From NCBI GenBank assembly GCA_965205975.1, contig OZ242195.1:3072001-3136000 (forward strand): a DNA stretch of 64,000 nt, in the 5' to 3' direction. The translations under genes and the position numbers were made by a program. Below are positions 60,007-64,000 of this stretch, in pieces. The notes below the pieces were generated by a model. That model saw nothing but the letters and a program-made list of their open reading frames with translations, ran no database searches and was not told the origin of the DNA. Every line of letters starts with the position of its first letter. Position 1 is the stretch's first letter. The DNA is from Candidatus Latescibacterota bacterium. Its GTDB lineage: Bacteria; Latescibacterota; UBA2968.

Positions 60007-60432
60007 TCAAACCTTTCCCACCATTTCCGTAAAGTCTATATTCTGTAAATTTCTGATCTCCGCCTCAACACGTTTTAAAAGTTTCTCGGCGTTACGGGGT
60101 TTTGTAAAGTACCCATCCCAACGACCAACGGGTTCAAGCACGTAATCTGCCTGCTGACGTGCTTCATAAACCCGGCTAAGAATTTCGGCCAACCTGTTTA
60201 AGTCAGAGTTATTTGCCGAAGCCAAAGAATCCTTTAATTTTCCATGATCAATTCGATCATCACGACCATGGGAAGCACTGCCTTCCTGTACGCGTATTTC
60301 AGTTCTGATAGCAAGAAAAAGTGCATAATACGCTCGCCCAACTGCTGTTCTTATGCGAGCTTCTTTGTCAAGGCTACTAGGTCGTATTATTGATCGCCCA
60401 ACTTGGGCGAATAGTACTGGATCAAAACGCAT
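60007..60432 (-). CDS. HEPN-domain protein
   Basis: RTAVGRAYYALF ... H ... RQQADY pattern. Confidence 0.75.
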   Translation of the reverse strand: MRFDPVLFAQVGRSIIRPSSLDKEARIRTAVGRAYYALFLAIRTEIRVQEGSASHGRDDRIDHGKLKDSLASANNSDLNRLAEILSRVYEARQQADYVLEPVGRWDGYFTKPRNAEKLLKRVEAEIRNLQNIDFTEMVGKV

Positions 60433-60462
60433 AATAATTTGAAAGTACGATTAGTCGGAACT

Positions 60463-61059
60463 TTAAAGAAAAAAGAAATTAATCGCCTTGAAAATCTCTT
60501 TACGCAATTGTTTGATAATCAATGAGTAGAAATCAAATTCCGTCTCCACCATCAGGTCGTCCTGGTCCTCTGGTACAACTATTACAATGAGGTTTTCGGC
60601 AGTATCAATGGATATCTCAACATCCCAATTCAACTCTGAAGCGGCTGTCTCAACAACGGCACGCACATAACTCCAGTTGATGTTTACGTCAACAGCCTCG
60701 TCTCTAAATGCCTCCGGTTGATCTTGCAGTGTGTTTAAATGATTCTTTTGGAGATAGTTTATTCCTGATTGCACCTGCCGATCGAACAAGACCTTTCTTT
60801 CTTTTATCTGTTCAGTAAGTGAGTCGGCAGTAATTGGCAGAGAATCGGCTTCCTGCCATAAGTGTGTTTTAGTCTCTTGCAGCGAGGCACTGCTACCTAC
60901 TCGCGCCTGCCTATGGGCAGACACGGTGCCGTGTACCTGCCAGCCAGGATGGTGTATTCGAGTTGGTTCTAATTGGGATAATTTCTGTAACATCCGCTTG
61001 CTACTCCCATATATCTGATAGTATCCAATACAATCGGATGCTATCGCGTGGGTAATCAT
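60463..61059 (-). CDS. Hypothetical protein upstream of HEPN (possible antitoxin partner)
   Basis: C-terminal domain duplicated in 55464-55913; start uncertain. Confidence 0.55.
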   Translation of the reverse strand: MITHAIASDCIGYYQIYGSSKRMLQKLSQLEPTRIHHPGWQVHGTVSAHRQARVGSSASLQETKTHLWQEADSLPITADSLTEQIKERKVLFDRQVQSGINYLQKNHLNTLQDQPEAFRDEAVDVNINWSYVRAVVETAASELNWDVEISIDTAENLIVIVVPEDQDDLMVETEFDFYSLIIKQLRKEIFKAINFFFL

Positions 61060-61184
61060 TCTATTCCGGCTTCACAGACAACAGCCTCCATTACGGCCAC
61101 ATCTTACATTGTCTGCACAGGCAGAAGAGGAAAAATTCATTGCTCTATATAAACATAGCGATTCTATGTACATCTTTCAAGGGT

Positions 61185-62534
61185 CTATACTGCGTTCCGC
61201 ACATCAATCTTCCCCGTCACCGCAGCGGAGATCACCACGGTTCGGCGTTCTTTGAGCAGATCAATCGCCGTTTCACATTTTTCAATGAGGGTATCAATCT
61301 TCGCCGTTTCTTGGTTGAGGAATGCGGCGATTTGCTTCTGTTCTTCCAGTGGAGGCAACGGGAGTATGAAATTACTGATGGCATAAGTTCCAAGACCATA
61401 TCGCGTTATGCCATTGGCTCGGGTGGCGAAGAAACTCCTCGCATATCGGGAGTCCATGACTCGCTTCAAATACTCACCGCATGTCCCTTTCTCTGGTCTT
61501 AGCAGGGCTAAGTGATAACCACAGACTACACCTTCTAAATCCTGTGGGACATAAGTAGGTACAGCAATGTCGTTGGGGTCTTCGGAATCCTTTGTGATTA
61601 TTGTGTCCCCTCTTTTCAAAGTGAACTTTCTGATCTGAACATCAGATGCAGTCGCCTTCATAAGGGACAAATCTTCCGTAATTTCTTCGTTGTAATACAC
61701 ATCGGTATAGTTACAAAGCCGCACTTCCTTTTCATTTTCTTTACTCTTCTTATCCACGTTACTTGGCTGAACCGCTGCCACAAACTTCAGCTTTTTTATT
61801 TTCCACTCTATCGGCACCTCTCCCAACCACCCAATCCCACTATCTTTCATCTTCACATTCGGGTTCAATCCTCTGGTAACGGCATGTGAAATGATCGCCT
61901 GCCGCTTTTCCTGAAGCAGTGTGATCAATTGCTCTTGCTTGTCAATGAGGATGTCGGTATTCGTCGTTTCTTTGTCGAGGAATGCGGCGATTTGATTTTG
62001 TTCTTCGAGTGGAGGAAACGGAAGTATGAAATTACTGATGGCATAAGTTCCAAGTCCATATCGCGTTATGCCGTTGGCTCGGGTGGCGAAAACACTTCTC
62101 GCATATTGGGTATCCATAACCCGCTTCAAATACCCACCGCATGTCCCTTTCATAGGTCTTAGCAATGCCAGATGATAGCCGCAAACCACGCCTTCCAAAT
62201 CCTGTGGGACATAAGCTGGAACAGCAATGTCGTTGGGGTCCTCAGAATCCTTTGTAATTATGGTATCTCCGCTTTTCAAAGTAAACTTTCTGATCTGAAC
62301 ATCTGACGCAGTCGCCTTCATAAAGGGCAAATCGGCTGTAATCTCTTCGTTGTAATACACATCGGTATAGTTACAAAGCTGTACTTCCTTTTCATCCTTT
62401 TTGCTCTTCTTATCCACGTTACTCGGCTGAATCCTCGCAACAAACTTCAATTTTTGGGTCGTCCATCCCGCAGGTATTTCTCCCAACCACTCAACCCCAC
62501 TCTCCTTATATTCTGCATACTTCCGAAAGCTCAT
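61185..62534 (-). CDS. hsdS: Type I restriction specificity subunit with two near-identical TRDs
   Basis: YKESGVEWLGEIP, PPLEEQ x2, SHAVTRGL, SAAVTGKIDVR. Confidence 0.95.
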   Translation of the reverse strand: MSFRKYAEYKESGVEWLGEIPAGWTTQKLKFVARIQPSNVDKKSKKDEKEVQLCNYTDVYYNEEITADLPFMKATASDVQIRKFTLKSGDTIITKDSEDPNDIAVPAYVPQDLEGVVCGYHLALLRPMKGTCGGYLKRVMDTQYARSVFATRANGITRYGLGTYAISNFILPFPPLEEQNQIAAFLDKETTNTDILIDKQEQLITLLQEKRQAIISHAVTRGLNPNVKMKDSGIGWLGEVPIEWKIKKLKFVAAVQPSNVDKKSKENEKEVRLCNYTDVYYNEEITEDLSLMKATASDVQIRKFTLKRGDTIITKDSEDPNDIAVPTYVPQDLEGVVCGYHLALLRPEKGTCGEYLKRVMDSRYARSFFATRANGITRYGLGTYAISNFILPLPPLEEQKQIAAFLNQETAKIDTLIEKCETAIDLLKERRTVVISAAVTGKIDVRNAV

Positions 62535-62569
62535 GTGTCGTTCTCCTCAGCGGACTCGCATTGCGAATC

Positions 62570-62593
62570 GGGCGACGCATGCGTCGCCCCTAC
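62570..62593. repeat. REP-like palindrome GGGCGACGCATGCGTCGCCCCTAC
   Basis: Perfect palindrome with a GTAG foot on the minus strand; second CCCCTACGATTC about 40 nt downstream. Confidence 0.6.
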
Positions 62594-62642
62594 GATTCTA
62601 CTGGACCTGTGTATGCCTGGCCCCTACGATTCTTTTGGATAT

Positions 62643-62819
62643 AATTGTGTCAGCAGTGGTGACACTTTTAACGGGTTGAGACGGTCCATGGTAATTGTCT
62701 CGGCGATGCTGAGACTTTTGGCGGCCTGAACACGATCCCCAATAATTGTCGCACCACTGGTGAGACTTTTTGCGAGTTAAACACGAACTACAGTTTGTGT
62801 CACCAGTGGTGACACTTTT
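62643..62819. repeat. Four about 50-bp tandem units, each containing a 27-bp palindromic element
   Basis: Units start at 62643, 62693, 62744 and 62793; core GT(G/C)(T/G)C-N8-GA(C/G)ACTTTT. Confidence 0.75.
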
Positions 62820-62849
62820 TGAACGAAGTCACGACGGAGAATCGCGTTA

Positions 62850-64000
62850 TCACCCATTCAAAATCCCTCCAACCGTTTCAACAATACCATCCGTCACACC
62901 TTCAATCATTTCAACAATACTATCCGTCACACCTATCAAATCTGCACCAATCTCATCTAACGGACGGGGCGGTTTGAATGTGTAGAAATACCGGTTAAAA
63001 GGAATTTCGTAACCCACTTTTGTCTTGCTGTAATCTATCCAGGCCTCCGGCACATGGGGCTGGATTTCGCGTTCGAAATACGCATCAATATCCTCCCGCA
63101 ACGGCACATTTTCATAATCGCGCAAATCGGGATAGGGTTCTGGTTCTCCCTTGCGATTGGTACAAACATCAGCGGTCTCGTCATACTCCCCCAACGATTG
63201 ATAGATCAACTTCAACTGAGCCGTTATAATATTCACTTGCGCCCCCGTAAAAGCATCCGTAAGAATGCGAATAAATTCATCGCGGTTTTTGTATTTGCAA
63301 TCACCCTCAAGCGTCGCCAGAACCTCGAGAACGCGCTGCTGCTGTTCTTGCGGCAAACGGGCAAAACTCCTCGCCGATTTGAGAATCTCAACGCGATCTT
63401 CACACACCTGAAAATTGCGCTTGAGCGGACGCTCAATGGTAATGCGCTGATACCCGAAATCAACATTGTCAAAAATCTTCACGCGATTCCTGAATAAACC
63501 CTTTTCAGGACATGCCTGCACATCCTCAAAATCGCCAAACAATTGCGTAATCTCCGCGATCTGTCCATCGGAAATCTCCTTGCGCTTGCTACCCAGGCTC
63601 TGGATCATCGCAACGTGAAAATCTGCGGCATTGATCAATTGCACTTTACCCTTGCGCTGCGGCGTCTTCTGATTTGTAATAATCCAGATATAGGTCGCAA
63701 TACCCGTATTGTAAAACATATCCGTAGGCAGGGCTATAATCGCTTCCAAATAATCATTCTCAATAATCCAGCGCCGGATCTCGCTCTCCCCACTGCCCGC
63801 GCTGCCCGTAAAAAGGGGCGATCCATTGAGCACAACAGCCAGACGGGACAAATCGCCATTCTGATTGAACTTCGAAATCATGTGCTGCACAAAAAGCAAA
63901 GAACCATCGCTAACACGCGGAAGCCCTGCGCCAAAGCGTCCCCTATAACCGAGGTGATTGGCTTCGTCCTTAATCTCGGATGCCACCTTCTTCCAATCAA
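62850..64000 (-). CDS. hsdM: Type I restriction-modification M subunit, C-terminal part (5' end outside window)
   Basis: GLPRVSDGSLLF, NGSPLFTG, LPTDMFYNTGIATY, KVGYEIPFNRYFY. Confidence 0.95.
   Translation of the reverse strand, partial: DWKKVASEIKDEANHLGYRGRFGAGLPRVSDGSLLFVQHMISKFNQNGDLSRLAVVLNGSPLFTGSAGSGESEIRRWIIENDYLEAIIALPTDMFYNTGIATYIWIITNQKTPQRKGKVQLINAADFHVAMIQSLGSKRKEISDGQIAEITQLFGDFEDVQACPEKGLFRNRVKIFDNVDFGYQRITIERPLKRNFQVCEDRVEILKSARSFARLPQEQQQRVLEVLATLEGDCKYKNRDEFIRILTDAFTGAQVNIITAQLKLIYQSLGEYDETADVCTNRKGEPEPYPDLRDYENVPLREDIDAYFEREIQPHVPEAWIDYSKTKVGYEIPFNRYFYTFKPPRPLDEIGADLIGVTDSIVEMIEGVTDGIVETVGGILNG

Noticed and set aside
62643..62819. CRISPR array
   Set aside because: Repeats are degenerate, spacers are short and mutually similar, and no cas operon is in the window; kept only as an unexplained array

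Overview
Bacterial genomic window. The many FtsX/MacB-type permeases, TAXI-TRAP transporter, ankyrin and FGE-sulfatase proteins resemble Latescibacterota/Gemmatimonadota-type genomes, but that assignment is weak inference. Three zones. (1) About 1-19.6 kb, all minus strand: a candidate RiPP locus. A giant Ser/Thr kinase-ATPase-TPR-GAF-sigma54 activator, split by a 1-nt frameshift, lies above dyad enhancer-like sites and a near-consensus -24/-12 promoter. That promoter precedes an unannotated 58-aa precursor-like ORF (14269-14445) and an RRE/radical SAM/SPASM enzyme. Next come a DUF354-like glycosyltransferase, a nucleotide-sugar dehydrogenase, an acyl carrier protein, an S8 protease fused to a DUF1611/TIGR04066-like domain and a membrane redoxin. 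The locus ends in two tandem modules of [MKTLTKPV...IYGYE-leader peptide with unrelated cores -> beta-propeller lipoprotein -> FtsX-type permease]. Each peptide gene is bracketed by an inverted conserved dyad motif, and a duplicated structured RNA-like element sits antisense within the locus. (2) About 19.7-49.8 kb: mostly ordinary transport and housekeeping genes (TAXI-TRAP, eno, dehydrogenase, Na/Pi symporter, ABC exporters, MFS, peroxiredoxin), plus a C-protein-controlled type II R-M system and TA genes. (3) About 50-64 kb: a type I R-M locus. Its hsdS has two near-identical TRDs, the hsdS-hsdR interval carries a candidate two-gene defence system, HEPN, duplicated/chimeric small genes and a MITE-disrupted gene, and the hsdM-hsdS gap holds a 4-unit palindromic array. 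All calls come from motif reading only; no database searches were run.
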